From the human T2T-CHM13v2.0 reference genome, Homo sapiens: 64,000 nt of DNA. The stretch lies in NCBI RefSeq assembly GCF_009914755.1, contig NC_060927.1, one strand, 5' to 3'. A program made the translations under genes and the position numbers. Below the pieces are notes generated by a model, which did not search any database, was not told the DNA's origin, and saw nothing but the letters and a program-made list of their open reading frames with translations. Positions 48,896 through 63,325 of this stretch are shown here, piece by piece. Within the stretch, counting starts at the first letter, position 1. Every line of letters starts with the position of its first letter.

Positions 48896-50039
48896 TTATT
48901 GATCCTGCAACATGGAAGGAAGGAGACTATCTCTACAGAACTTTGGTAGTGTCTCATCACAGGGAAGACAAGGTCAGATTTATGGATAATTTTGAGTTTG
49001 GTTTAAGGCAGGCATTTGATAAAGATGGGGTAAGGGTCATGATAAGACTGTTTAGAATGAGTGGAATAAGAAAGTGTAGGATTTTGAAAAATAAACCCCC
49101 TGATGATGCTTCTCATTGAAAGTAGGTGGGTCATTGTGGGAGTTTCTGTAATTAACAATCAAGTTTTTTTCTTGGGGAAGAGTATCCTGAAATAGTAAAG
49201 CCATACTAATACAGACAATAAGCTGTGTATGGGGAAGGAGATAGGAAGGTAGATGGTTTCAGGTTTTAGTTAATATGTACAAAGAACTTATTACCGTGCC
49301 TAGCATAAATTAAAGCTCAAAATATGTTAATTGCTATCTTTCTCTTAGATGTCTTTCAACTGAAGTAGAAAACTATTTTAGCACTGATGAAGCCAAGGCC
49401 ACTAGATAACCAAAGTTAGTCTCCTCTTTCCATAAGCTCAGAAGTGATATCAGCAGTTACTTGCTGAAGAAGTTTGATTACATGATGTCAAGTTTCTATT
49501 TTTATTTATGTACTATTAAAATTAAAACTAATAGAAATGAAGATGTTTAAGAAGCCTAAAGAAATAAAGCATTGAGTGAGCTACATATTCTGGGGCATGA
49601 AGTCTCCTAACAGACAAAGGAAGGTGCTGCTGAAACCACAGGTTCTTTTTACAGTCTTGAGGGCATCATTTAAGATAAAGGAGGACAAACTTTAAAAGTG
49701 TTCCCCAAGTAGTTTAGATTAGCTGAAGTGAGAATGTAGAAATTTAAAGACAAAAGCAATCTAATTTATGAAGAATTGTTAGATGGAATTCACTTAAGTT
49801 GACTAATCATTTCTTTAGTTTTAAAAAATGTTTAATAAATAAGAATTGTTTTCTCTGAATGCTGTATAAAAGTCTTGTATTAATTCAAATATATGTATGT
49901 GTATATGTATGTGTGTGTATATATGGGGTATATATAAGTGTGTATACACAAATATGTGTGTGTGTGCACGCATGTGTACAATATACTAGAAACTCTGTAA
50001 CTAACACAAAATCCATTTTGGGATGTATTTTGGATATAT

Positions 50040-50790
50040 TCACTGGGGAAAACAGACAAGGAAAAATAAGTAAAGGCATTGATATATTTGAGGTAAATAT
50101 AAGTATTATGAAGAAATATAAAATGGAGGTCTTATAAAACAGAATTAGAGAAGGACTTATGGCAATAAACTATCTACAATTGAATATGAGCAAGATTATT
50201 TTTCTGAACAGATGATGTTTGAACAACCACCTAATAAAGTAAGTGTGTGATGCTAAAATTAAGAAGAACAACATCCCAGGTAGAGGGAGTAGCAAGTAAA
50301 TAGGCTCCGAGAAAATAATATGCTGGTATGTTCAAGGACAAGGAAGAAGTCAGAGGCTAGATTGGGATGATTAGATCATGACAAGAAAGGTAGCTAGGAT
50401 CCTGCTTATGTTGGGATATTTAGGAAAATGAGAAAGGATTGTATTCTAAGGACATTGAAGAAAGCCATTTGAAGGCCTCAACCAATAGTGTTAGATGATT
50501 GGTTAAAGTTCTAAAAATACCACTCTGATGATGTGGAAAACTGATGATAGAAAGGAAAAATGGAGATCAAGAGGTCAGTTAGGAGGCTCTTATAGCCTCC
50601 AGGGGAGAAAGAGAAGCTTGGGCTAGATGATAAGGTAGAGGCGGCAGAAAAGTGATCAGATTTGGGGTATATATTGAAAATAGATTGACTGCTTTCTAGA
50701 AAAATCAAGCACACCATGAGAGTTTCAGTCCAAACAGTTGAAAGGTGGTAGCATTGACACTGATGAAAGATTGAGGGAAGAAAAGATCAA
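50040..50790 (-). mobile_element. L2 fragment
   Basis: cccaggtagagggagtagcaag..gctggtatgttcaagg..cagttaggaggct..agtgatcagatttggggtatatattgaa. Confidence 0.72.
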
Positions 50791-51377
50791 TGAAACCACT
50801 GCAGTGAGAGGGTGAGGTTTGAACAGCCTTCTTCCTTGCTGCCTTCTCTGTGTCTGCTGCCACTCTGCTACGGTTTGCTTGCAGCACCCCACACCTGGCC
50901 TCAGGATGTTATTTTGTATCATTACAAAGGCAATTACCCTCCTCAAGTATCTCCCCAGGATGCCTAAAAATCTCCAAGTGCTTAAACCAAAATAATTGGT
51001 TGGCACATATGAGAAAAGCTTAAAGTGGTAAAGCCCTCAGCAGTAAACAATGATGAACAATCCTTTCCTTGAAGGGGAAAGAAAGGAAATGATAACTAGA
51101 AAGTAGGAAAGTGGCAAAATCCAAATACATGAAGATAAACATCATTTGACTCACAGCTTTTTCTGAAGCAAGGCCCACGATAACCTACCAAAATCAATGC
51201 TTCATCGTCTACTTTGTGGTAGCAACCTGTATGTAGGGGAATATTCCACTTTTAACTATTATATATTCTGTTTCAAATTGATAGTGAAGAGTAGAAAATG
51301 TGTTTTTGGTTGGGCAAATTTTATTTCATTTTTAATGTGGAGACAATGCCTTCACTATTTCGTAGCACCATAACCTG

Positions 51378-51832
51378 TGTCAAACTAAATAACAGAGGCA
51401 GGCTCTCTAAGAGAAAATGATATTTATTTGGGATTAGGCATTGCAATGGTATTGAATATATATGCTATAGTAGACTATGTGAATATTCAGGGAGGTAAGG
51501 AAGACAAAGAGTGTTAAAGGAAAAAAAATGAAGAGAATTACATGATCTCTTTGAGATAATTATTCTTGGCTATAGAGATCAATAAACAGAGTGACACTAA
51601 TTCAAGGTTGAACAGGCAGTTGCTGGACAGATGTCCTTGCAAAAGTATTTTTTTGCATAAGATTGCAAAGACCATTGTGCAAGGTTGTGGTTTTGTCTTC
51701 TGTGACAGTTTTTGTTATTAGACATTTATGCGTAAGAACCTTCTCTTCATGGCCTTCCCTGGCTGTATTTCAGTTTAGTTTAGTTTTGTTTTTAACACAA
51801 GTGACTCCATTTTGATTCTGATGATTTTTATA
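51378..51832 (-). mobile_element. ERV1-class solo LTR (MER31-like)
   Basis: The reverse complement begins ..tcagaatcaaaatggagtcacttgtgtt and contains ggccatgaagagaaggttcttacgc. The poly(A) signal region is aataaat. Confidence 0.7.
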
Positions 51833-52438
51833 CCTATAAATGGCAAATAGTGCCTAACTAACAGAAAATTTGGAATTATCAAGTTAACAAGATAAGTAGA
51901 ATGCTTGGCAGAGCTCACTCAATAACTGTTGGTTTTCTGTCATCACACATTTCTTTGTTCAAAAGAAAACACAGTCAGTTCTTAGAATACTACTGCTTCC
52001 ATTCACCTTGCTGTTCCTTGCTGGTTTAGCATTTATTGAACTATCTGAAGGAGCTATCAGGTAACTCAAATGATACATTTTGGCCTTGGAGTACAGCAAA
52101 TGATTTTTTTTACACAAATAAGAGCAATTCCTGACCTTAAGAGATGAACAGACGGAAGTGACACTGAATAAGCTCAGAGAGCTGAAGATCTGAAGGTTTC
52201 TGTTGCATCTAAAATTCCTGAAGTCATTTTGCATATTCACTTCAGTATTTATCTAGAAAGAATTGTTTAAAGATGCTATTGAACTTCTTGGAACAGAGAA
52301 AATCTGGCACGCAAAAGTGAACACAAAATTTTTACTTTCGCCACACAGATTTTTTTTTTTTGCCATCATAACTTTGCAAAAAAATTCCACAATAACACAA
52401 TAGGCACAAATAGATCATCGAGCCCATTTAGAAAAAAA

Positions 52439-52443
<5 letters not shown>

Positions 52444-52471
<28 letters not shown>
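52444..52471. repeat. Poly(T)28 mononucleotide run
   Basis: Counted directly. Confidence 0.95.
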
Positions 52472-52472
<1 letters not shown>

Positions 52473-53605
52473 GCACAATTAATCCCATACCTTAATCGTG
52501 CTCTGGTAGAACATTTAAGAATGTAAGGTCTTACTAGCTATAAATCCCTCTATGAAGCAGAATTCATACAGACTCTCCAAGTTAAAAGAGTAAAAGTGCC
52601 CACAGGGGATTTTGAATCCTAAATTTGTCAAAAGAAATTAGTGCTAAGCATTATTACATTTTTCTTTCTCTTTTGATTTTTTTCATACAATTTATCTTCC
52701 CCCCAGATCTCTCTCCCCACCCCACAAAATAAGAAAGTAAAAAGACAAAAATAGTTGTCAAAGCCACAAGCTTCTTTTCCCTCAAAATGTAAGAAACCAC
52801 AAGTTCCTGGGTGAAGATTAAGAATCATATGCCAAGTTCTTTCAAAGTTGTTCATATTTCACTCAACAACATTAGTCACTGAGCTATCAGCTCCAGTGGG
52901 CAACCAGAAAGAATTCATTTGAAATCACATCGCCTAGCTCCTGTGCATCTGTTCCTATTGCTGGGAAATCTACAATGTGGCTTTGACCTTTTCTGAGTAA
53001 TTTCTCAAGTCAATCCAGTATGATATGGGAACATGACTCTTCAAATATATTCTTCCTTTACGAAGTCTTGTGTGAGGAATTTTAATGACATTATTCAAAT
53101 TATTTATATTATACTAGCTCAGGTTTGGATAAGTTAACCAGGTTTGTATAAGTTTTGCCAATTGCAGAACTTATTTTTGTAGATGTTCTATCTAAATTCT
53201 TTCATTGAAGAATAGCAAGGCTTCCTTTGAGCAATCTCTGTGAAATTCTCCTAGTGGTCACTAGATAAGCATCATTATGAAAGCTCACAAAAACATATCA
53301 TCAACAAACAGAAATTTGCTAAACAGAGTTTTTGACTTGAACTTTATATTAGAAAATATATTAAGTTTCTTGAGTTCTACTTTGTCTTCCATTTTTTTTT
53401 AGTAATTTCAATATACTGTGAATTAATCTTGGTATTTGTATATAGGAATTAAGGAAATAAAGTTTCTCTTCTCAAAGTACTCATAGTCAAAAGGTAATTA
53501 GATATTATTTTTGAAAACTGCCAATTATTCATACTTTTTCAAATAATTCAAATAATAAAATATTGTTATAACTCAACAAGAAGAAATAACTCTTTGGGCA
53601 ATGTC

Positions 53606-54029
53606 TTTTTTCATTTTTAAATATTTTTTATATATTTAGGTGGTACAAATGCAAAGTTCTTACGTGCATGTATTGTATATTGATGAAGTCAGGGCCTTTA
53701 TTGTATCCATCACCCAAGTAGTGAACATTGTACCCAGTAGGCAATTTTTTAACCCTCATTCCCCCTCTAAGCCTTGCACCTTTTAGAGTCTCCAATGCCT
53801 ATCATTCCACTCTGTATGTCCATGTGCATCTTTTGTTTTGCTCCTACTTATAAGTAAGAGCATGCAGTATTTGAATTTCTGTTTCTGAGTTATTTCACTT
53901 AGGATAATGGCATCCAGTTCCGAGTTCCATCCATGTTGCTGCAAAAGACAATATTCGTTTTTATGGATGAGCGCTATTGATATATCATACTGATGACATA
54001 TGATGATATATCATATATGTGATATTTAT

Positions 54030-54081
<52 letters not shown>

Positions 54082-54264
54082 ATAGTTTATTTAGTCCTCC
54101 ATTGATGGGCACTTAGATTGGTTCCATATCTTTGCTATTGGGAATAGTGCTGTGATAAATACATGAGTGCAGGTATCTTTTTGACATAATTATTTCTTTC
54201 CCTTTGGATAAATACCCAATAGTGGGATTGCTGGATCGAGTGATAGTTCTGTTTTTAGTTGTTT
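53606..54264 (-). mobile_element. L1PB4-like 3' end, antisense, with internal (AC)24
   Basis: ggtacaaatgca..tgaagtcagggccttta..ccatcacccaagtagtgaacattgtaccc..tgggattgctggatc. Confidence 0.85.
54033..54080. repeat. (AC)24 microsatellite
   Basis: Counted directly. Confidence 0.97.
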
Positions 54265-54655
54265 AATAAGGAATGCTTGTTTTGATACAGAACCCCTCTG
54301 AAAAGGCATCATAGCTTAAAATCCATGTCACTAGACATAGCTCATCAGAATATCAGAATATTTAAAGCTGGCCAGCCAGAAATCTCCATGTAAGTTCAAT
54401 ACAGGAATTGTAAAGAAAACAAATACATTGATTTTAACTTAAATATCAAGTGAAACATTTTCAGTTTTCTAACAGGAAGGCACATAGACTTAGAGGAAAT
54501 ATTAGAACATATATCAAGGTTGAATAACAAACAGTCTTTATCAAGTTATGCTGAGATATCTGGTCAAGAGGTTTCTCTGAAAGAGGTCAATAATTTACAC
54601 TTCTTCATTACATTGGTCCTGTCTTTGCTTCTTCTGAATTGTTATTCTTTGACAT

Positions 54656-55035
54656 TGTCTTAGATTGTATTTCCTAAAAGGAGAATCTAAGATGCGAATT
54701 TTGGCTGATGTGCTTTATTGTGGGGGTGCTTTCATGTGAATAGGGTGTGAGAAAAGCAGGATAGGGCAGTCGGAGGGTTTTCTGAAAACTCAGTTTGCCT
54801 GATCCAAAGGGAACAAGGGGGGATGGAATTAAATCACAGAATAATGTCACCATGTTACCCCTGGCTGACTCACTCAATTTCCATGGGCTACTCCTTGGGA
54901 TGGTTGTAGGAAATAAACTGCTGGATGAGCCAATTTTCCAGGAAAAGTGGTAGACTTGAGTAACAGCAGCTTGGAGGTGGGTGTGACAGCCTGGTAAAGG
55001 TGATGTAGGCAGGGCACAAACAGCCTCAACTATAC
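54656..55035 (-). mobile_element. Old ERVL-class LTR (LTR16/LTR33-like)
   Basis: tgtcttag..ttccta..gaatctaagatg..gctttattg..gggggtgct resembles the antisense 3' end of an ERVL LTR. Confidence 0.5.
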
Positions 55036-55409
55036 ATACAGCACCTACATCAGCCATTCCAATATAGCAACCATGGCCACATTATGTCAAAGTTGTAGCT
55101 TCCTAATGTCTAGAGAGCAAGGCTGTACAAAGCAAGAATAGAAGATAACTCATGCTTTAGAAAATTCTCCAACTATCCTCACAGGCCCAAGAAACATTAC
55201 AGTGCTGCAGCAGGAAAACACATAGACCCTTCTGTTATATGTACAGTTAAAAAAGACAAAGGAAATCTCTCAGCTGAATGCTTCTAGGAAAACTCTCTTC
55301 TATAATTCAGACATCATTTTCTTTGTAACTCTTTCCTGACTTTCACATTAAAAAAAAAAAATCTGCTTGGATCTAGTAATTTGGATTAAAAGATTTTCCT
55401 TACCAAATC

Positions 55410-55612
55410 ATAACAATAGCTGATATATATTGAGTGCTTACAAGATTGTAGACTTTGTTCTGAGCAATATATTTGTGTTATCTCATTTTATCTTCAGTTT
55501 CAGCATATAATGTTAATTTATTATCCCTAGTTTCTAGGTGAAGGAATTGAGGCATGGGAACATTAGTCAACTTTCTGAAAGTCACCCGGCTAATGGCGAA
55601 AATTGGAACCCA
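55410..55612 (-). mobile_element. MIR
   Basis: aatagctgatatatattgagtgctta..ttattatccc..gaaggaattgaggc. Confidence 0.7.
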
Positions 55613-55616
55613 GAGC

Positions 55617-55777
55617 AGTGCTTCTGAAATTTTAATAGATACATGAAGCACCTGGGCATCTCAGTCAGATGCAGATTCTGATTTTGTCTAAGGTAGGGTC
55701 TAAGATTCTGCATTTCTAACAAACTCCCAGATCATGCTTCTGCTGCTCATCTAAGGACCACACTTTGACAAAGAGGA
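55617..55777 (+). mobile_element. MER5A1-like hAT-Charlie MITE
   Basis: cagtgcttctgaaa..gcagattctgatt..gattctgcatttctaacaaactcccag..ggaccacactttga. The flanks are ctagag-like. Confidence 0.82.
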
Positions 55778-57699
55778 GTCTAGAGCTCTGTACCAAAATG
55801 GCCTTCAAAAAATGCTTCCTATGAAAATGTGGCCTATATTTGATTCCTGCTTACTGTAAACATGTAAATTATATTTGTTTCTTATTTGCTCATCCTTATC
55901 ATGATGTAATGCTGTGAATTTGACTGTTTGTCTTTACCCAAAAATTATTCTTTACTCTAACTCTAAATTTTAGGATGAACAAAGCGGCCTTAAACAGCTA
56001 AACATCTTCACCAACAGGCTGAATTCATGAGTTCTTGGCTTGTCTTAGATTTGACTGCTAGTGCTACACTTTAATTTTCCAGAAAATATCTAACTTCCAC
56101 TCTTAATCACTAAGCTACTATCTGAGATGGTTCCTTGGCTACTCTTGATCTTTTTCCTTTTTATTCCAGAGTGCCCAAACTATGAGGAAACTGCGAGTGT
56201 CCTATTTATATTCGCACTGTACTGATATAGCAAGGAGACCATGCGGTTCGCTGGAGGTAGATTTGCTACCAAGGCTTTCTCTTGTTTAATCACAAACCAG
56301 GAATTATGAAAAAAACTTTAGCAGGATATAACTGTTCTCAATACGTAAAAGATGACTAGATGGGCACAATTAATTCAACAGCTAATTGCCAAGTGTCTAC
56401 TTATGTGCTAGACACTGTTAGACAATGAGGATTTGATAGTGAACAAGAACACAATGTTTAATAATATGTGATGATGAAGCTAGCTTTAAATTTAGCAGTG
56501 TACAATGCTCCTAATAGTCCTAGTTCTAACACCTTTATTGGCCAGTTACAGCAGCATAAGGAGAGGAATCCTTTCTCATCCCCAAACCATGATCTGATTC
56601 CTGGCCAGCTCTCTGTTAATGCCACTGTTAGGCTGAATTTAGAGCTGCCATACCATTAGGATGTTTTCCTACTTTATGAAAAACTTGTTCTTCTGTTTAG
56701 AAAGATGGGGGTTAAGTGCAGGATAGCAATTACAGATTTGGGCTTATCTTTGATGCTTTGAACCAGGTTCCACCAAACTGATGAGATCTGCTACTTGCCT
56801 AGGCCATAGTGGCTCTATTCTGTCTGCTCTCTAAGTGGCCAACATAGCAGACTCACAGATGCCAATGAAAAACCCACTCAAGTCTCTGAATATTACTCAC
56901 AAACAGGTGAGATGTTTCTCTAGGGTTGATATAGTGGTATTTCGTTCAGTTTCTAATTTAACAATTTCTTCCCCCATTCTTTCCAGCAGGAGCTATAGAG
57001 ATACTGATTAAATAGTAATTAAAGATCCTAACACTGTCATTATCTTTTCTTAAGTAGCCACTGCAGCCACGAGGAGAACATTAACTAAACCAGAATGTAA
57101 TTTTCTGAGGGTGTAGGTAAGCTTTCAATTTTCCTGATTCTGAGTTTGTCAAGAAGGAACAGAGAGCCATGTGTTTATTCTAAAAGACTGTTCACATTGA
57201 ATGTAGAATTCATGGGGTTGGAGTTTGTGTCTTCAGATCATAATATCTGTAAGATTTATTTCCCATCCAACAGAATAGCAGTATCTGCAGGGAAGAAATC
57301 ACATCTTGTGCAGTCTATTCATGCTGTGTCAGGTCAGAATTGATTGGGCAAGCAGATGGCCAATTGATCAGCAGTGACTCTGCCAGGGCCTACAAACTTC
57401 TCAGGACAGCTTCTGTTGCTTCCTCAACTGATAGCAAATTCTGGGCTCAGAAAGCCTCTGTAGGCTGCTCTAGAGGGAGATTGGCTCAATTGTCTCCATT
57501 ATCCTCTTGCCTAAATCCCCATTCTAGTTAATTCCTCACACTACTCCAAAATAGGTCTTACTTAATGGCCACACTTCAATCTGGTAAGGTGTTACTAATG
57601 CCAGAACCCAGTTTTCAAGGGCTGTGGCATTTGGAAGCCTGAGGTATTCTATAAAGGAAAAAGAGGACAATTTGGTTTGTAGAATCTAATGTGATTTTG

Positions 57700-58000
57700 T
57701 TCTGTGGCATGGCCTCATCTACTTTTCTCAACTCTTCTTGTGCCTCCAATTTCCCTGCCCACACCAGTCACATAGATTTTTTTTTTGTCTCTACACCTTA
57801 CCAAGATGGTTCTTACATCAAGACTTTTGTAGACTCTGTTCCCACTACTTATAAATGTTCTTTCTTATGACATTTTCACATCTGACTTGTTCCTTTCATT
57901 CAGATTTTAGCTTCAATGCCTTCTTAGTGATACTTTCCCTGAATTCCCAATCAAAAGTCACCACCTCATTGTTCCTTTTATTTATTTTGGGGCCTTTTTA
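57700..58000 (+). mobile_element. L2 fragment
   Basis: Pyrimidine-rich: ctgttcccactact..cctttcattcagattttagcttcaatg..ctttccctga. Confidence 0.5.
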
Positions 58001-61000
58001 CTATAACTTTTAATTTTACTTCTATGCTTTGAATTTCATGAATTCAATATGTGTCCTTTTTTATATAATTTCAGATGAGATGAAGATGAAGAAATTATTG
58101 GGTTTATTGGTAAAGCTCAGATAGGACTTCAAAGTCATATATTATTCCAAACGCTTTTGGTAATTAAATAATATGGAAGATGTCCCCCACCCCCACCCCC
58201 ACCACTACCCAAACAAGTGATCCTGAATCCGGAAAGATCAGCCTCCATGTTCAGGAAAACTGCTTTTAGCCAACATTATTTTTTAGAGTACGACTTGAAA
58301 GAGTCCCAGTGTATTGAACATTAGGTAATTCATTAGATTATAATAAATTATAAATTACATAATAAATTAAATAATTATGATAAGTTATCCTTGTTACTAC
58401 AAAGATTCCTGCTTGGGTCTCTAATGAGCTTGAGAGCCTCCAGATTGGTATAAACCCCCAGTGTTCCTCAGGGCCTTATCAAACACACGTTCTTGAGATC
58501 ACTGGGAAAGCTTCTAATGAACTTCCATTATGCAATTCAATAAAATTTAGCAGACATTCTTTATATCATCAATGTCCTGTGGGATGATACAAGCAGGAAG
58601 AGGACTTGGCCCCTGCCCTCAAGGAGAGCACAGTCTAGTGCAGGAGACAAATACATAGATATATAATTAGAGCACCAAACACATTATAAGAACAAGGTCT
58701 AACCAAAGCACTAATGGAAGACAGACCAAAATAGAGATGGATCCTAGATGATGCATCCGGAGGGCACCAGGCCCTTTATCACACAATGTATTAGGGAAAA
58801 TGGTTTAAAATAAAAGTCACTCATGTGCCAGCATTGGAGGGTTTGTCGATCTCTGACTCAGCATTTCAGATGTTCCTAGCTTCTGGTGAGCTTATCATTC
58901 TTCATGTTTGGCTAAGACTAGCACAAAGCAGGCAGTGATGCCAGAATCAGTTCTATGATTCCATTGCCAGAGACCAGGGAAGGAGTGAGGGACTCCAGAC
59001 TTTCTTCATGAAGTCCGATGATCCAATACCCTTTTGTTTAAAGAACTGTTTACAATTCCAATCTGTAAAACAACATCTTTAGTTCAACAAATTCAGCAAA
59101 GGTGGTCTTTATCCAAATTTAGTTTACTCTTTCTCTACATTCTTATCATTCCAAAGTCCCAAAGTATTGATTAATAATTGTTACTAAAATTATTTTGCAT
59201 GTATAGTATAAAATTATTTGCACATATAGTACAGAATTTTTATTCATGCTAAGAATTATTTCTACTTTAAAACTCACACATTAACGTGCTTCCCTCCATA
59301 CTATCTCATTGCTTACTTCTGTTAAGCATAAGTCATTAGCAAATGGTTTAACTCTTTATAGGAGTTTTTGGATATTTGTCCTCTCCCTGAGGAGGTTTTA
59401 TGCCTGTATTTCCTCAGTTGACTATATGCTATTAGCTTAAGATATAAACAGATTAGCTACTTTGGGTGGAGGTTATCTGAGGGCTCTTTTCTTTCTAATT
59501 AGCCACCTTCTTTTATATGTATGTCTCTAGTACAATTTGATAACACAGAGTTCCAAGGTGTTCAAATGGTGGTGTCCAAAATTGTTGATGCTGTGCGAGG
59601 ATGGATGCAATTGCTTCACCATATAGAGTGTCTATGGAGAATATGAGTTAGAAATAGTCATGTCAGAGTTGAGCCTGGGAAAAGAATTCACAATTGTATG
59701 CTTTGCAGTGGAAAATTTGACAAATAAAACTATTATTTATATCAAGTTAAAGTGACTTTAAAAAAATCATTATTTTCCATATATTAGGAATATAAAACAC
59801 ATACAGTTGAATATTTAAAGTAAAGTAATCTTGATGTGGGGTCCATAGGTTCTACTGAATTTTATAACTTGCTACAAAATATTTTTTCTTACTATCTCTG
59901 ATCATTCCTGTTATTATCCTGGATAATAACAACATCAGATATGTTTTCATTATCTTGTAGGAGTGCAATTTCCCAGGCCTACTTCTTATGCTACCAGATA
60001 TATTTAGGGCTGCACAGTGTCAAGTCTTCTATGAAATGCAGAAAAACAAAAGACTGTATATTTAATTGAGCTATGAGAACAATGGGAGAAATATTAATCA
60101 GAGGGACTTTGAGCATATTCCCATCTTTAATTTGGGGATTAGTGTAGCTTTCTCAATGATGATTAAAGCCACAATCAAAGCAAGAGTGCATAAGGCTCTT
60201 AACAATCTTTTCTTCATGTATATTTCCAGCTATGATTTACAAATGAACCCAAGGTGGTATACTTTTCCTAATTTTTTGTGGATGAAAACTTGCCATTAAA
60301 AATTTAAACCACATTTTTTATTTCTCTACATTTTTTGTTCATGTTGTTCCTCTACTTTGAATAAGTGTCACTCTTTCTGTTTTTTTGTACATGAAGGTCC
60401 AGCTCCTTTGACATCTCTGTAAAGCCTCCCTCCATTTATGTGAGGCAGTTCTATTCTATTCTGTTTCAGCAATACTGACCCAACAACACTAGGCTTAAAC
60501 TACTGACATAATGCTTACTTTGAGAAGTTAGTATAAAATTCATGATGTCTGCTTTTTAACAGCTTCCAAGTCTCATATATTTTGTATTTTTATGCCTTGC
60601 AAAATAACTAATACCCAGTAGAACTAGAAATAATTCAATGCTAATTCAATTGATAGATTACTTTTAAAAGAAAAAATATGACTTATTATGGAGTAGATTT
60701 ATCTATTTCAAAGTAAGTAACATTTTATGCATTTATTCTACCACTATATACACACACATATAATCAGAGTAACAGTAGTCTGCATAAATGACTTTCCTAG
60801 TGAGAAGTTAAACAATTCAAAGAAAAGAAAATGACATTTTGTAGTCATTTGTAGTCATTCATAAAATCATTCAGTTCTGGAGCTGGATAACAATCTCAGA
60901 AATTGAATAGAATGAGCTCCACATCTTTCAAGAAAGAGACTCAGAGAGGTAAAATAGTATATGATATCATGCATGCCCATGATTTTGATTACTAAATGAA

Positions 61001-61239
61001 AGCCAGCAATTAAAACAGAGCCAGGGCTTCAGTCAAAACCTCTTCTCTAGGTTTCACAAACATCTATCCATGTCCTTCGTGAATATCTCCATTATGAAGA
61101 TCCAAAGGAACCCATGTTTCGCCTGAATCATCTTTCTATGTGATCATATTTTTTTGTAAAATACTTTATTAGCCCCTGACAACATTCTCTGCAAGTTTTT
61201 CTTACATATATTTTCTCTTCTCAATCTCCACTTACTTAA

Positions 61240-62390
61240 CCTTGGTTTACTCCCACTTACTCCTGTATTACATGGGTTAATTTAGTAACTTCTTAGTAGT
61301 CTCTCTTCATCCAAAACTGTTTCCATTCAGTCCATCCCATGCATTGCACCAAGAATGATCTTGTGCCTTCACTCCTCAAAAATAAAGCCATTTTTTAGCG
61401 TGATTTTTCATTATTTTGTCCTACCTCTCAATATATCCAGACCCTTTTCTTGTCTCTGGGCTTGTGTATCTTTCGACTTACTAGAAGTTTTTTTAAAATA
61501 TGCCATGGCCATTCACATACCCATGCTTCCAAAAATGCTCCTCTGTCTTTCTCACAACATTGCTCACCTAGGAAACCCACATTTATCCTTAATCTCATAT
61601 CCTAGACATTATCTATTTTTGGAATTCTGTAGTAGACCTTTTGGTGTTCTGCATTATCCCCTCCAAGCTCATTCACGATTTTAAACATGGTTGTGGTAGA
61701 CAATTCCTTGTGAGTTGAGGTTTTCCTCCAGATAGCAGTGTTCCCACTCAAACATCTTTCTATTTTCTGAGTCAGGACATTTTACGGTGTCATACAAGGC
61801 TGCTTCTTGTTCTGAGTGTGCACAGACTAAGAAAAAAGAAAAATTAACACTGGACAACCCTTAACTAACAGGGCTTAGGAACTAGTGGGTAACTCTACAG
61901 CTTCCTGTGCTTTAGAAGGAAAGTTCTGGTAGATATCGAGGGGGTCTTTATGGAATGAAGTTTCCATTGCCCAGAGCACAGCATTAATAACAAACAAGTG
62001 TATTGACTCTCTCGACTTTTCTTGACTCATTTTTCTACCTCATCACTTCTGCCTCCTGGAATTATCTAACACACTACATATATTTCGGTCCTAATGCCAG
62101 TTTCTGCTTTGGGAGAAAGACAAAAGATGAAAGGATCATTTTTATAACCCTCACCCTTAACATATTTTTAATTCCTCTCTACTATGCACTCTCTATATGT
62201 TCATGTGCATAAGCTTGTATTAGTCTTTTACATTATTTTTATTATTGTTTGCATTTCCTTTTTCTTACTAGATTGTAAGCTTATTGAGAGGGAAGTTTCT
62301 GAATTTTATGCATCATTCATTCTATTTCAAGCCCTTTATCCTAATATATAGCACATAATGAGTTCTCATTAAATATTTGTGCAATTTAAA
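61240..62390 (+). mobile_element. L2 fragments interrupted by an old ERVL-like LTR (~61709-62130)
   Basis: cagtccatcccatgcattgcaccaagaatgatc is L2. actagattgtaagcttattgag..gcacata..ctcattaaatatttg is an L2 3' end. tctgctttgggagaagacaaaag is an LTR-like end. Confidence 0.5.
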
Positions 62391-63029
62391 CTAGATAAGG
62401 GGAGGGGGAGACATGTCTTCAACCAAGTTTTCTGATTTCAAGATCATGTCTCTTTTTACTACATTGTGTTAACCTACCTGGAGGATAGAGGCATCTACAG
62501 TCACTTAGAAGGGACATTCAACTACCAGTGCTCAGAAGTATAGCATTCAAACTGTCAAGTCTTCCAGATCATTTTGTCCCTCTTGCTTCATTTTTCTGTG
62601 CTTGTGTTTGGGTGTTTTATAGCCAGTGAGAGAGAGTATAGTAAAAAATAATGATAATTACCTTATAGGGTTTTTTACAAATTAAAGATAATAGCATATG
62701 TAAAACATGTGGCACACCAAAAACAATAAATGTTTGTTTCCATTTTTATTATTTTGTAGGCATAGTCTATTTTGGCTTAAGAAATATTAGAAACTCTGAA
62801 GCAAGTTTTATTTGAGAAGATGTTTGAATACTGCCAAAAGTAGAATCTCAAAATACATGGCCTTCAATTATTCATTCTCTTTCATCTCCTACATTGATTT
62901 AGGTATTCATATATTGTCTGCATTGCCAAATACACATTAGGATGACAAATTGAGAGTGACAGGAAGTTATCCTAGAACAGTATGAAGTACTCAACAATGC
63001 TGTCGAATGTGTCCTGGGAATGATATGTG

Positions 63030-63325
63030 TGGTTTAGTGCACCATGTTGGAAAGAACACTGGATGATATTATGGACACTGGAGCTTTTATTCCAACTACT
63101 ATTCTCAGTAAATATCCGTGCAACTTAAACTAGAGAGCCAATGAGAAAAATATGCCTGGAACTGAGTTTTCTGATTTCAAGATCATGGCTCTTTCCACTA
63201 CATTGTGGAAAACAAAACAATGCAAATGAAAACAAACATTCAGTTACTACTATTACCTGAGATTGGACAAGTCAATCATATTTGGGGGACTAGGTTCTTC
63301 ATTTGTACAATAATAGAGTAGATGA
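63030..63325 (+). mobile_element. MIR, interrupted by a 106-bp local duplication
   Basis: ggaaagaacactgga at the 5' end and ttggacaagtca..ttcttcatttgtacaat at the 3' end. Confidence 0.5.
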
